Under the pieces are notes generated by a model. The model was not told the origin of the DNA. It made no database searches and saw only the letters and a list, made by a program, of their open reading frames with translations. A stretch of 64,000 nt of DNA from Naegleria gruberi (taxonomy: Eukaryota), in NCBI GenBank assembly GCA_000004985.1, contig GG738881.1, one strand, 5' to 3'. A program made the position numbers and the translations under genes. Below, piece after piece: positions 1 through 11,588 of the stretch; position 1 is the stretch's first letter; every line of letters begins with the position of its first letter.

Positions 1-282
1 TTGTTTTGATTTTGTTTTTTTGAGTGTGAATTGATTTTGAATGAGGATGTTCAGGTTGAGTATTTAAATGTTTTTGGAAAGATTGTGTTTGGATGATAAT
101 AGCTTGTTTTCTAAATGTAAATTAGTCAAAATAGGAATGTCCGTTATGTTGAATGGGTTTTGTAAGAGAAAATAGAAAGTTGACTAAATTGTAACGTTAC
201 AATTTTGGTTTCGAATAATTTCCTAAACTGTGCAGTTGACCATGTTGTTCAATTAAAAAGAATAAAGCATATATTGAAAGAA

Positions 283-2811
283 TCATTTCAAATAGCAAGC
301 ATCAAGATAGGTTGTACAAATTCGTTTCTGAAACAATTCTTCACTGAATTCACAGCAAAATCCACTTTTCATGGCAATTTCTTCTTTCATTTCAACTAGT
401 GGCGAAAGTAATTGTTTTAGAAGGGCACATATTCCACATTCGTTTCGTTTCAGTGCTTCCAGAACCATTTCCAGATCCATAGTGATGCTAGCTTGATGAG
501 TGATAAAGAATGAACATGAGAGTCCATTTCGTATAGCTTCTAAAATACAGAGATTGTCCTGGATTAGGTCATTTGAGGCGAAATAAATCGAATCTGCCTT
601 ATTTCTAATGGCTGCAAGAACGACATCCCTATCATTTCGCATTTCAACTGATAGAAACTTTAACAAGTCACCTCTCAAACTAACAACTATCAAGGCAATT
701 TCTTTACAATTTCTCACCCTTTCGGATGCTAATTCAATGACAGTTGGATCGGTCATGACAGCCAATTTCATTATTTCCAAATCATCTTTCAATATGGAGC
801 ATGTATGCTTCAAAGGAATGATAGATTGCTTAACAGCTTCCAAAATAAATTCCCTGTCATTCTTGAATTTGCGTTTCAAATCGTCTGGAATGGAGAAGAA
901 ATTGGTTTTCAAACCCGCCAATATAATTTCCTTGTCTGATCTTAAATTTTCATTAAGGAAATGGAATGACAACACTTCTGGATCGTTTTTGACTGATTCT
1001 AATACAATTTGTCTGTCTTGTTGTAATTTTGGAGAGGCAAATTCAAGGGAGCATCCACGATTTCTGACAGCTGTCAAGACTATTTCTCTATCTTGAACCA
1101 AATCTTCACACACAAATTCCAGTGCATCTCCCTCACTTTCCACAGCTTTCAAAACAACCTCTCTATCATTCCAAAAATCAGGGAAATATTCCAAATAATA
1201 TCCATTATACGAAACTGTTTCCAATGCAAAATCTCTATCCTCAATCAACATGGTTTCAATTTCACTGAAAATCTCAATCGGACATTCCTTAATTGCTTCC
1301 AACATGAACGATCGACTATTCCTCAAAAATAATGAAGCATCTTCCAGACATTGAGGATACAACCTTAATATTTTTAACATGAAAATTCTGTCATTCTTTT
1401 GTTTCATTGTAATGAGATGAAAGAATTGATAATTCGATTCGACTATCTGATATACGAAATCATTGTCTGTTTCCCAGGATTTGTTCCAAATTCTGGAAAT
1501 GAGTTGTTTGGAATTGAATGGTGAACTGTCAATTAGACAACTGATAATTTTGAAAATTTGTAAAACTAAATCTTGGTGTTGTTTCACATTGGTTTCGTCT
1601 AATAAATTATTGATGCATGAAAATAAAGTTGCTGAAAGCCCAGAGTTTGCTAATTTCGCTCCTTCTGCATGGGAAACAACCTTCAAAGTATGTGAAATTA
1701 TTTCTGTGAGGATTGACTTGTCATTTTTCAAATCTTTCGAAAGCCATTCCAAAATTTCGAATAACTTATTAAGCAATGATATTGCCGATTGTTCATTTGT
1801 AATTCTATTACATTCCAATCCGTTTTGTCTAATAGATTCAATAACAATCTCAATATCATTCACACATTCGTCCAATCTAAGAACAATCGAATAAGCTCCT
1901 CGTTTCACACATGTCAATGCCATCTTTCTCCATGAATAATTTTCATTACAATTATTGGCTATCTGCTTCATAGCTAACAAGATAATTTCTCTATCCTTAC
2001 TAAATTGAGAATCAATTACATATTCCATTACTCTTCCATTTTCTCTCACTGCATCCATTACAAAATTTCTATCACGACATAATTTCTCCTTTACCAATTT
2101 AAAAACTGTTGCATTATTCGAAAGGGCTTGAAGGGCAACTTGTCGATCGTATTGATAGTGATTTGAGAGAAGAGGTAAAATCAGTCCATTGTTTCGAACA
2201 CATTCGAATATAAACTCTCTATTCTTCATCAATTCCTTATTTACAAAACTAATAGCCTTTTCATTATTCTTGATAGATTCCAAAACAACATTTCGATCAT
2301 CATTGAAATTCTTCAACTCCTTCAATGCTAATCCATCCTTTCGTACAATTTGCAAGACGAAACTCTTCTTATGAATTTGATAAAGATTTCTCAAGGTTGC
2401 AACTGTTTGCCACGAATCAGGTTTACAAATTCTGAAAACTTTCTCCACAATTTCAAAATCATTTTCCAATAATTGTGGATGAATATTCTCCCACAATCGA
2501 TCTGCATCATTATTCGAATGTTTGTTCCGATCATGGAAATCATCAAGGAATTGCATGATATATTGTTTGTCCTTCGAGTATTCGATCGGAATGAAGTTTA
2601 GAATAGTAAATCGATTGATCAACCATTTGTATTTTCCCTTGCTTTGATTTTCGAATCGTTTCTTCAAATTCGAATACAAATAATGATCATTGTGATGATG
2701 CTGACTGAGAAAATCATAAAGGATGAGAACTACCAAATCATGATTGCATTGGTGCATTGTATTTGAACTTGGGAGTGATGCAAATACACTTTCTAATATT
2801 TTATTCGACAT
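283..2811 (-). CDS. DUF4116 tandem-repeat protein, 842 aa
   Basis: Single 842-aa ORF with real ATG at 2811. About 12 tandem copies of a ~30-aa repeat (DREIVLxAVxxNGxxLEFAS / NDREFILEAVKQ...), which is the DUF4116 signature. Confidence 0.65.
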   Translation of the reverse strand: MSNKILESVFASLPSSNTMHQCNHDLVVLILYDFLSQHHHNDHYLYSNLKKRFENQSKGKYKWLINRFTILNFIPIEYSKDKQYIMQFLDDFHDRNKHSNNDADRLWENIHPQLLENDFEIVEKVFRICKPDSWQTVATLRNLYQIHKKSFVLQIVRKDGLALKELKNFNDDRNVVLESIKNNEKAISFVNKELMKNREFIFECVRNNGLILPLLSNHYQYDRQVALQALSNNATVFKLVKEKLCRDRNFVMDAVRENGRVMEYVIDSQFSKDREIILLAMKQIANNCNENYSWRKMALTCVKRGAYSIVLRLDECVNDIEIVIESIRQNGLECNRITNEQSAISLLNKLFEILEWLSKDLKNDKSILTEIISHTLKVVSHAEGAKLANSGLSATLFSCINNLLDETNVKQHQDLVLQIFKIISCLIDSSPFNSKQLISRIWNKSWETDNDFVYQIVESNYQFFHLITMKQKNDRIFMLKILRLYPQCLEDASLFLRNSRSFMLEAIKECPIEIFSEIETMLIEDRDFALETVSYNGYYLEYFPDFWNDREVVLKAVESEGDALEFVCEDLVQDREIVLTAVRNRGCSLEFASPKLQQDRQIVLESVKNDPEVLSFHFLNENLRSDKEIILAGLKTNFFSIPDDLKRKFKNDREFILEAVKQSIIPLKHTCSILKDDLEIMKLAVMTDPTVIELASERVRNCKEIALIVVSLRGDLLKFLSVEMRNDRDVVLAAIRNKADSIYFASNDLIQDNLCILEAIRNGLSCSFFITHQASITMDLEMVLEALKRNECGICALLKQLLSPLVEMKEEIAMKSGFCCEFSEELFQKRICTTYLDACYLK

Positions 2812-2881
2812 AGTTAACCAATTATTTCGACCACCAAGAAAGGGGAACTAACAAGACTTCTATTCAGAAATATCAGAAACT

Positions 2882-5800
2882 TTATTCCAAAATCTTGAAT
2901 TGGAAACTATAATCCACAGGACTAAACTTGATATGGACATTGGCATAGGCCATTGTGAGTGATAAATCTTTTCTAATTTCTGCATCCCTTGGCAGCAAGT
3001 TAATCACCCAATTCATAACAGTTTCCTTATTATCTCCAAATAATCCTAAATGAGTTGCGAATATTGAAGGCAAAACAAGAACCTTAGTTTGTGGATTGAA
3101 ATTTGAATCATGAAGGAGAACGCCAGTTGCTTGTTGCCTCAATTGAGTTTTAACAAGCTCTGCATTATTGGGATAATAAATTCGAATAGGTGGTGAGGAG
3201 AATGAGCAATTACTGATAGCCAAACAATTCAATGGATCCTTTTGATAGACATCCAAAAGTAGTTTGTGTTTCTCTGTATTGGAAATGTTTCTTGAACTTG
3301 TCAATAGACATTGAATATCATCCAAAGAGAGTGGAATATTTCCAACACAATAAATTGGTTCCTTCATAAATCTTCTACGACTTGAAGTGTTGAGCATTGG
3401 ATAGAATCCTCCACGAATAAAACCATGCAACAACATGACGTGGTACAAGTTGATTAAAAAGACGGTAATCAAGTGTTTTTTGGTTTTCAAATGATCTAAA
3501 TCAATAGATTCCAACTTGTAGGTCAATTGGGTAAATTGTTCAAGTTTTTCCTCTTGATCTGCTAAAATAATAAATTCCTTTCCGAGTTTCAATTGTTTTC
3601 CCCATCCCATTCGTTCTTGACCATCTCCAGTTGTTTGTGTAATCCAATCAGAGGCTCTATAAATTTCCACAATCTTTTCCAATAACAGAACAGTCAATTC
3701 TACTGCTTGTTGAGCAGATAGAGTAGAAAGTGAGAGAATGTTGGAGTGAGTTTCAGAGAGGACTGATGTTGTTGATGGTGATTGTTCAACAACAGCAAAT
3801 ACATCATCTTCAAATAATTTGTCAGGTGTTTGTGGAATGCTAGTGGAAGCTGAAAGTGAATTGTCTGACGTGTCAACTGGTGAAGTAACAACTGGTAGAT
3901 CGATGGCTGTTTGTGGTGGACTTCCTGATGAGGTACTGGCAGCATCTTCATCATCTTCCTCAATTGGAATGGCCTCAACTCTGGTTGAATTGAAAACAGA
4001 CATGGAACGATAGTGAGCCGATTTCCCTTCAAACATGTTTGCTCCCTCATCTTGTTCAACTTCTTCAATGTACTGAGTTTCAACTCCCTCGACAACTGAA
4101 TCTAGTGGTTTGTTGAGCATGACACTCAATCCTCTTGTCTTTCTGAATTGAATTTCAGAATCACGTCTCTTTCTGAATTCTTCTTGTTGTTTCTTCAACT
4201 CCAATTGCACCTTGAACATTTGATCTAATTGTTCCCAATTCAATGTTTGCATATAATCGACAGCAATTTGAAGAGTGACCAGAGAATAACCCATAGGTCC
4301 CATCATGAGAGATTCGTGAACGAAATCTTCTAAAATCTTCAAATGACAATACAAATCTGGAATGGCTGCCTTGATCATGACAAAGATGAAAATTGGCATC
4401 AATGCATCAGCAGAAACTTCCTTTGGTTTTCCATAGTAATTTTTCACACAATCCACAATGGCCTTTGAGGTATTCATCAAAATTTTCATTTTACCATCAA
4501 TTAAACTATTGCTAGTTGAAATTTGAGAAAGAGTCTGAATGGCAAGGGCGTAATTTTCATCAGCTGTCTTGCCATTTCCTTCCAAACAATATTCATCTGC
4601 AATTTCCAAGTGTCTTGGTGTACAATCCTTCAATTCCGCATACTTTTGATTGACGAATGATGATTTCTCTGCTAGCTCTCTCCTGTACAATTCAAAAACG
4701 ATTGGGAAAATCTTATCGAAAAAGACATAGTCTACACATTGAGCAAAGAGTGGCTCCATCTCGTTCGGAACCACCTTCAAATTAACGTTATAATTCACAG
4801 CAGGTGTGATAATAATCTTTTGAACTTGTCTTGACATGACTTTGTACATTTCATCAAAGAATGTTGCAATCAGTGATTTGGCTCTTGAAGTAGCCACAAT
4901 CTTCTCCTCAGATGTTAACTTGTCAAAATATTCCAAAGAATAAGCTTGTAAGAACATGTCTGACTGTTGTGTAAGAACTCTATTAAAGAGACTGCCAGGA
5001 TTCTGACATTTGCTGAACAAGTGTCTGAAAATAATTTGTTCCTGTTCATCAACACTTTGACATTTGGCAATATCTGAATAAAAATCAGATTCAGAACCTT
5101 GCAACTCGATAATATCAGAAAACTTGATCAAAGAACTTTCCACAAATTCTTTCAAAGTTTTCAATTTTTTACCCATCACTGATTCAAATTCCAAAATATC
5201 AGATGAATAGTCGATGGCATCGCTGTCCTTTGCAAATGTTAAATAATAGACCATCTCCTTCTTGATAGCTCTATGCTCGAAAATTTCCTTGTGATCAGTG
5301 CACAGACATGGGAATGCCTTATTGATATCGATGGCAGCACAGGAAACAGGTTTCTTCAGAACTTCAGACAAGATTCGAGAAATTTCACGGAAACTAGCTT
5401 TTGTACCATGAGCTACAAAGTTCTTGATCATTTGTTCCGAGTCAACCTTGATTGTTTTCATCAGGTGAAGAATAAAATCAATGACATCATCTCCATCACA
5501 CCATTCCAATCTTTCATTCAGAGTGTCTATGGTAGAAGAGGTTGGAAGGGACATTGAGGAATAGGTTTGAAGTTCAGAGCCAGACAAGGTTGCTAGAGTT
5601 TGATACAACCAACCAAATTCTATAAATGTATAAGCTACAGGGCACTTTCTCGATAAATAAATGGAAACTTGGGTGAGGAAATCCTGACATATTCTCTTCG
5701 TTGCAGAATCGTACAACAAAAAGATGTGTTTCAGTTTGGTAGATCTGGCTGCATTGTCCATAATCTTCTTAAAAGCATCCAAATCAAACCACTTATTAAG

Positions 5801-7284
5801 CAGATATTTGGCCTTGATAAAGAAGATTAATTTCTCACTTTGCATGACTGCATCACTGGCATATTCGACGAATTTCTCATTCAGGATGTGTTTGGTTTTA
5901 CTCTCTACATAGTCCTCTCCCTCCAGATCCATCACAGATCCAGAACGAGAAGCTCTGAAAGGAACATTAATCATGCTGGAATTGGCAAGAATGTCTTCTG
6001 TTCTACGTCTTCTCTGATCTTCTGAAATTTGAGATCTCAAATTGACCTCAACTGTTTTCTTTTCCTTCTCATAGTCAAATATGATATATTGAGCCGTTTT
6101 GAATGGATAGTCTGGAATTTCCTTCTTTGAAAAGATGATATTCTTTGAAATGAAATTCATATCATGGAGGGCATGTAAGAGTTTCGATTGGATAAAGTGA
6201 ATAGAACCAATCATACAAATGCATGGATTGTGATCTTGGAATGTTTCCAATTCTCTCTCGATAAAGTTGTCAAAAATAGTGGCTGCAGAACCTTTCAGTT
6301 CAAGTAAATCTGAAAAGACAGTGGCTGCTAAACCTTCATCATAAATTGTCGAGTAGACACTGTGTAAGGCATCACATTCCCACTTTCCTAATCCCTTCAA
6401 GTTCATTAATCTATTCATGGAAACATCTCGATCAACTACCTTGTACTCCACTGGAACGTTGGTCTTTTTAGAGAACTTTTTAATGACATCTAAAATGGTT
6501 AAGGATTCGGGACCTGACATGACATAGGTGTGCATCTTTCTATCATTGGAATTTTTGGATTTGTCTTGTTTTTGAATATTAGAATTGACTTGGAAGAGAA
6601 TGTTCATAACGGTGGTACAAATGGCAAGACCAACATCACGAGCATCGACCCATGAAACTCTCTTCTTGATAGTATCCTCTTTTTCCTTCAAATCTCCAAA
6701 TGGGAAATAGAATGTTCTTGTTTTTTCATCATAGAACAAAAGAAAATCTTGCATAGTTCCATTATATCTGAATATCGTACATGAATTTCCGAAATATGAT
6801 TTAACAGTTTGTTCACATTGCAAATGATCATCAAACATTTGTGGAAGAATGACATCCTGTTCATCGAGTCCACCACTCACCACTGGAAAATATTTTGAAC
6901 ACAAAATGAATGAATCAATACTCAATTGGAGTGAGAAATTAATGGCTTGATTCATATCTTCTAGGATACGTTCGCCATCCATTGGCACGTGAACAATGGC
7001 TGCAATGTGATATTGACGTGTAGTGATTTGTTCCACCAATGAAATGGTTTCAAAATTACGAAATCCTCCCTCCAAACAAATGACTTGAGCTCCATAACTT
7101 TTCAATAAATTTTCCTTTAAATTTCCATTGTGAATGGCTGAATTCTTTCTTGATGATGATGAATTGTTTTGTTGTTGAGTTTTTAATGTTCTGGAAGGAT
7201 AATAAATAGCAATGACACGAATCTTTCTCAATAGAAGTGATTTTACAACTTCAATACCAACATTGGATGTTGCATTTGTCACAA
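2882..7284 (-). CDS. PH + VPS9 protein, exon 3: NmrA-like NAD(P)-binding region, VPS9 domain, DUF547; about 1706 aa in total
   Basis: Acceptor TTAAATACAG|TT restores the frame as ...AVAV-V-VTNATSNVGIEVVKSLL.... The ORF-finder 'M' at 7282 is a GTG, so this ORF has no ATG of its own. VPS9 motif ADALMPIFIFVMIKAAIPDLYCHLKILEDFV. The C-terminus is DUF547-like (LINLYHVMLLHGFI). Intron 2 is 7285-7411 (127 nt). Confidence 0.6.
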
Positions 7285-7411
7285 CTGTATTTAAATTTCA
7301 TTAATTTTCATCAAATTTAAATTCATATCCAATTTAAATCAATTTTAGTAAATTCACATTCAAATATATTAATAATAAAATTAACAAATTAAATAGAAAA
7401 ATAAAACTCAC

Positions 7412-7664
7412 CAACAGCAACACTCTTCTTCACTGCAGTAGATGATTTCATTTCCTGTTGTTGTTGTGTAGGTCCAAATGGTGAAGAACTTGTCATGGGA
7501 TTTTGACCACCTGCTCTGGTTCGTGTCCTCATTCTCGAACGAACGTGTTGAGTGGCAGCACGTTTCAATTTTTGTGCCCAATCCTCTCTCTCATCATCTG
7601 TATCTTCGGAACACAATTGGAATGTGTAGGATCTCTCGCTAAACACTTTATCCTTGCTATATGA
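7412..7664 (-). CDS. PH + VPS9 protein, exon 2: PH C-terminal helix and Q-rich linker
   Basis: Acceptor AAACAG|TCATAT continues the PH domain in frame (SYSKDKVFSERSYTFQLCSEDTDDEREDWAQKLKRA). Exon ends GTTG|GTGAGT, phase 1. Intron 1 is 7665-8011 (347 nt). Confidence 0.6.
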
Positions 7665-8011
7665 CTGTTTTTCATCATGATTTTTACATGATTTTCATCA
7701 ATTCATTAAATTCACATTGAAATAGTTGATGTGTGTGTGAATTTTTTGTGTTTGTTCAAATCAGAACAGTACAATACAGTAATCATAACATTATGGAGTA
7801 ATGCATACCATATTAAAATCCGTTCGAGTAAGGGGCGCACAAATTGTTGAATTTTGCAATTTTCAACAACATTCATCAAAATTGTTGCATTGCAAAACGG
7901 GCCATTCATCAATTCATTAACATCAACATCATCATATGAATATAATAGCATGAATAATAACAATAATAATTCAATTATTATTATTATAATTTAAATCAAA
8001 TAACAACAAAC

Positions 8012-8476
8012 CTTTTCACACTTGACATGAAACATTCTCCTATTCTTCTCATCCAAAACAATACTTCCATTCTGTAATTGCAACACGCCAATAACTTTGG
8101 ATTGTTCGGGTAGACCAGATGTTGAAGATGATGATGAATCCGAAGAAACTTTCTTGTATATTAAAATGTCATCAATTAGAACGAAGAGTCGTTTCTTCCA
8201 GGATTTCCATTTCATTCCCTGTTTCATCAGGTATCCACTCTTCACAATACAATGCTGATTCTGTGAAGAGGATGAGGAAGGAGATGAAGCACTTTGCGAG
8301 ATTGATGGCAAATCTCCATGTGAATTTAATCCATATTTGGCGAGGACGAATTGAAGTTCTGTTGTTGAGGAGGATGAAGATTTAGTTGTTGCTTTTCTTC
8401 TTGGAGTAATTCCACCATTGCCTCCTCCTGATGATGATGAACCTCCCAAGTGATGATGTTCTGGGAGGGATGTCAT
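8012..8476 (-). CDS. PH + VPS9 (Rab5-GEF-like) protein, exon 1: N-terminal Ser-rich region and start of PH domain
   Basis: First real ATG at 8476 (MTSLPEHHH); the ORF-finder start at 8494 is a TTG. PH-domain sequence IVKSGYLMKQGMKWKSWKKRLFVLIDDILIYKK...FHVKCEK. Exon ends AAG|GTTTGT, phase 0. Confidence 0.6.
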
Positions 8477-9100
8477 TTTTTTTTTGATTTTCAACGAAGG
8501 TTGACGTGTTGTGTGAGGATGTTAGATTTGTTGTGGAATGATTTTGGGTTGGACTGTTGAGGCGACAACCACGAATCAAATAAGTTTGTAACAGAATGTT
8601 TGAAAGATTAGATTTTTCTTGATTTATCAAAGGAGAGAAACAAACTTGAAAAATACACACTTTGTGTTAGAGGAATTTTTATTACTCATCAAGTGACTTG
8701 TATCCACAATATTAATAATATTACACACCTTTTCTACATTGATTGAAACACTGTCGACAACATTGAGAACATCTTGTTTGTATTTTCCTCAGAGAATAAA
8801 CAGGATGATTAGAAATATAACATGACTGGCCATTAAATTACTACTTTAATTTTATACTTTAGGAATTGATATTGTATCAGTCAATTTGTGTTGCAATCTG
8901 ATCTAATCAAAATTAGGACAATCACTTTCTGGTCTGTCTAGTAAATTGATCCATGTGCAACTCATAGCCAAGGTTAATTGCAAGACAGTGTTTGGTCCAT
9001 TGTGTAATTCCATCCGACTTTTTGTAATAAAACTTCCTAATGGTCCTGTGTGGCTATCTTTCTTACAATGTAAAAATTACGGAATTTAAAATTCAAAAAA

Positions 9101-9586
9101 ATGTCTCTTCTCAAATCCATTACCGAACCTCTCAGTAACGCTTTCGCTACTCTCTCTCCACTTCAACAGAAGGCATCATTGGGTGTATTATTGGGATCTG
9201 CTCTTTATTTAGGAAGAAAATATTTCAAGGGACCATATGTTTCTTCACAATTATTGCAAAGTGATTTGAGTGGACAAGTTGTATTGGTAACAGGTGCCTC
9301 AAAGGGTGGAATTGGTTATGAGACTGTCAAGAGTTTGTATCAATTGGGAGCAATTGTTGTGATGGCTGTGAGAAATGTTGAAAGAGGTGAAGTGGAAAAG
9401 AAGGAATTAGTGGAATTGTGTGGTGGAAAGAAGGTTGGAAAATTGATTGTAATGAAATTGGATTTGGAAGATTTGGAATCTGTTAGAGAGTTTTCACGTC
9501 AATTTTTGAAGGATTTCACTCGATTGGACATTCTTGTCAATAATGCAGGTCTTGCCCAAGGTCCAGGTGTTTCCAAACAACAAATT
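9101..9586 (+). CDS. Short-chain dehydrogenase/reductase, retinol-dehydrogenase-like, exon 1
   Basis: ATG at 9101. N-terminal membrane anchor, then Rossmann motif VVLVTGASKGGIG and NNAG. Donor ATT|GTAAGT. Confidence 0.7.
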
Positions 9587-9631
9587 GTAAGTAGTACCAT
9601 CATTTATTTTCGTGTTAATGAAACATGTCAG

Positions 9632-9947
9632 GAACTCCATTTTGCAGTGAATCATCTAGGCCACTTCTTATTGGTTCGCTTCTTGAAAGATCTCATCCAA
9701 GAGACTAGTGTCAAGTATTCTAAACAATGTAAGGTTATCAATGTTTCAAGTGAGGCTCATTATAGAGTCATAACAGAAAATGACATCCTCGATGCTGACA
9801 AATTGGTCAATCAAGATGGTTCTAATCTTCCAATGTTATTTGCTTATGGTCATTCCAAGTTTTGTAATGTTATCTTTACCAAATCATTGGCTAGATATTT
9901 TAAACAAGATCCAAAGGCAAATGTTGGTTGTTACTCTCTCCATCCTG
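9632..9947 (+). CDS. SDR, exon 2
   Basis: Acceptor CATGTCAG|GAACTC gives ELHFAVNHLGHFLL, the SDR substrate-binding segment. The 45-nt intron 9587-9631 keeps the frame and has no stop, so the ORF-finder read through it. Donor CCTG|GTATGT, phase 1. Confidence 0.6.
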
Positions 9948-10002
9948 GTATGTTTTTTAATACTTTTAAATTGTTTACAAACATATTTGAATATTACAAA
10001 AG

Positions 10003-10271
10003 GTGTTGTCTCTACCAATGTATTCAGACATTCCCCAACAATTGTTCGTGGTATCTTGTCAATGCTTAGTTTGTACTTTTTGAAAACTCCAGAATCTGGA
10101 GCTCAAACTCAAATCTTCTTAGCACTTGAGAAGAATGAAAAACTCTCCAATGGAGGTTACTACAAGGATTGTTCCGCACGTGAGGTAAGACCAGTGGCCA
10201 ACAGTGAAAATGTTCAAGACAGATTGTGGACTTTGAGTGAGAATTTGTGTAAAGATTTTGCCTCTCTCTAA
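10003..10271 (+). CDS. SDR, exon 3
   Basis: Acceptor ACAAAAG|GTGTTG gives HPG-VVSTNVFRHSP, the typical RDH motif HPGvVxTnl.Rh. Stop TAA at 10269-10271. Confidence 0.65.
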
Positions 10272-10352
10272 TTGATCTAATTGATATTAAAAATTATTAA
10301 GGTTAATATTCTGAATGCCATGACATTACACTTTTGAATATCAACAGTGTAA

Positions 10353-10439
10353 CCGATGATAGCTCAGCTGGTAGAGCATGGGACTGTAGCAAGAAAAACT
10401 GTCATCCTGTGGTCGGCGGTTCGATTCCGTCTCATCGGA
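10353..10439 (+). tRNA. tRNA-Tyr(GTA): tRNA-Tyr (anticodon GTA) with a 14-nt intron at 10390-10403
   Basis: Cloverleaf folds by hand. Acceptor CCGATGA/TCATCGG, D-arm GCTCAGCTGGTAGAGC, anticodon loop CU-GUA-G with the intron after position 37 (the canonical eukaryotic site). T-arm GGCGGTTCGATTCCGTC. Close to the human tRNA-Tyr sequence. A T5 run follows at 10442-10446, a Pol III terminator. Confidence 0.85.
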
Positions 10440-11588
10440 TCTTTTTATCTCTTTTACATTATTATTCTTTCAATTGCCAAATAAGCAAATGCTACTATTG
10501 AGACATTAATTGATATTTTACAGTGGATTTACTACCTTCTTTTCTGCGCATTCATGTAAAACAAAGGAGAAGGAATGGATCAAATAATGAAATTTACGAT
10601 GTAAACACTAAGAGTAACACTCTAAAACACCACCAAAACATGTTCTCCTTATTATCTTGAGTGAAAAAGAAATCAAGAACGAATCCTCTTCCATCAGGAG
10701 AGCGAAAAAGCCAAGCTTCCAATCCAGAAGTATTTCTCCATAAAAATCAACCTTTGCAACCAATTCTATACTGGAGAGTTTCCAGCGCTAAATATTAACA
10801 AGAAGAAAATACAAGAAGAAATATATATATTGGATCATTAGAACAATGAAAAACTTCTTCTCCTCGCGATCTATTGATTCCAAAAGGCTATTCTCTGAAG
10901 ATTTGGATGATGATGCAACATCACAAAGTAGTAGCAATTTAGCAACGAGTCCAATGCCAACTACACCAATTAAATCTTCATCACAACCATCAAATAATAA
11001 TAATAACCAGCGACATCCTCATCATAAGATGCAAGCCATCAATCCGGAAGATATCTTTGAATTGAGAGTGCAACAACAACACAGCAACAACAAATTGTTC
11101 CATCATTACATTCCGAGACTACCAACACAACAGTGGTAAGAGAAAGAAAGGTAAGTTTTACATTTCATCTTGAAAGCTAAAATTATTTAAAATTAAAATT
11201 ATTTTAAATCTAAATTTAATATTATTATTTTCAACTTCACCTTCACACATGAATGCAATCTAACTATTAATACCCTAAATATGTTCTGATATTTGAATAT
11301 TCATCAATTATGAATCTTTACAAAACACTGGAATCGCGAATTATTTCCTCGCTATTGGATTTTTAAAAAAAACAACAATTTTAATTAACCAACCACGGAA
11401 ACAATACTTCGGTTGATACAACCACAACAACAACAACATATTAATATCATCACCATCATCAAATTAAATATATTAATAACAACAATATATTTCTGGTGAT
11501 CAAAAAATTGTAAATACTTTAAATCATCTGGACAAAATAGTCATTAAGAGACCTTATAGAAGAAGAACATTCACGAATACAAACACAA

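Noticed and set aside
608-2374. Plus-strand ORFs (608-1096, 1093-1332, 1463-1894, 2189-2374) inside the DUF4116 gene
   Set aside because: Antisense shadow ORFs of a long minus-strand coding region. Low-complexity translations, no motifs, alternative-start codons.
3700-6876. Small ORFs on both strands inside 2882-7284 (e.g. 3700-4095, 3819-4013, 5273-5557, 5724-6025, 6688-6876)
   Set aside because: Nested or antisense to the 1466-aa VPS9 exon, which has strong domain support. Translations are low-complexity.
10846-11139. Ser/Asn-rich 97-aa ORF, possible 5' exon of the PP2C gene (a GTAAG follows at about 11147)
   Set aside because: It ends in a stop before the candidate donor. PP2C has its own ATG at 11589 and a complete catalytic domain. 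No frame-compatible acceptor in 11150-11588. Left unannotated as a possible small low-complexity gene or UTR.
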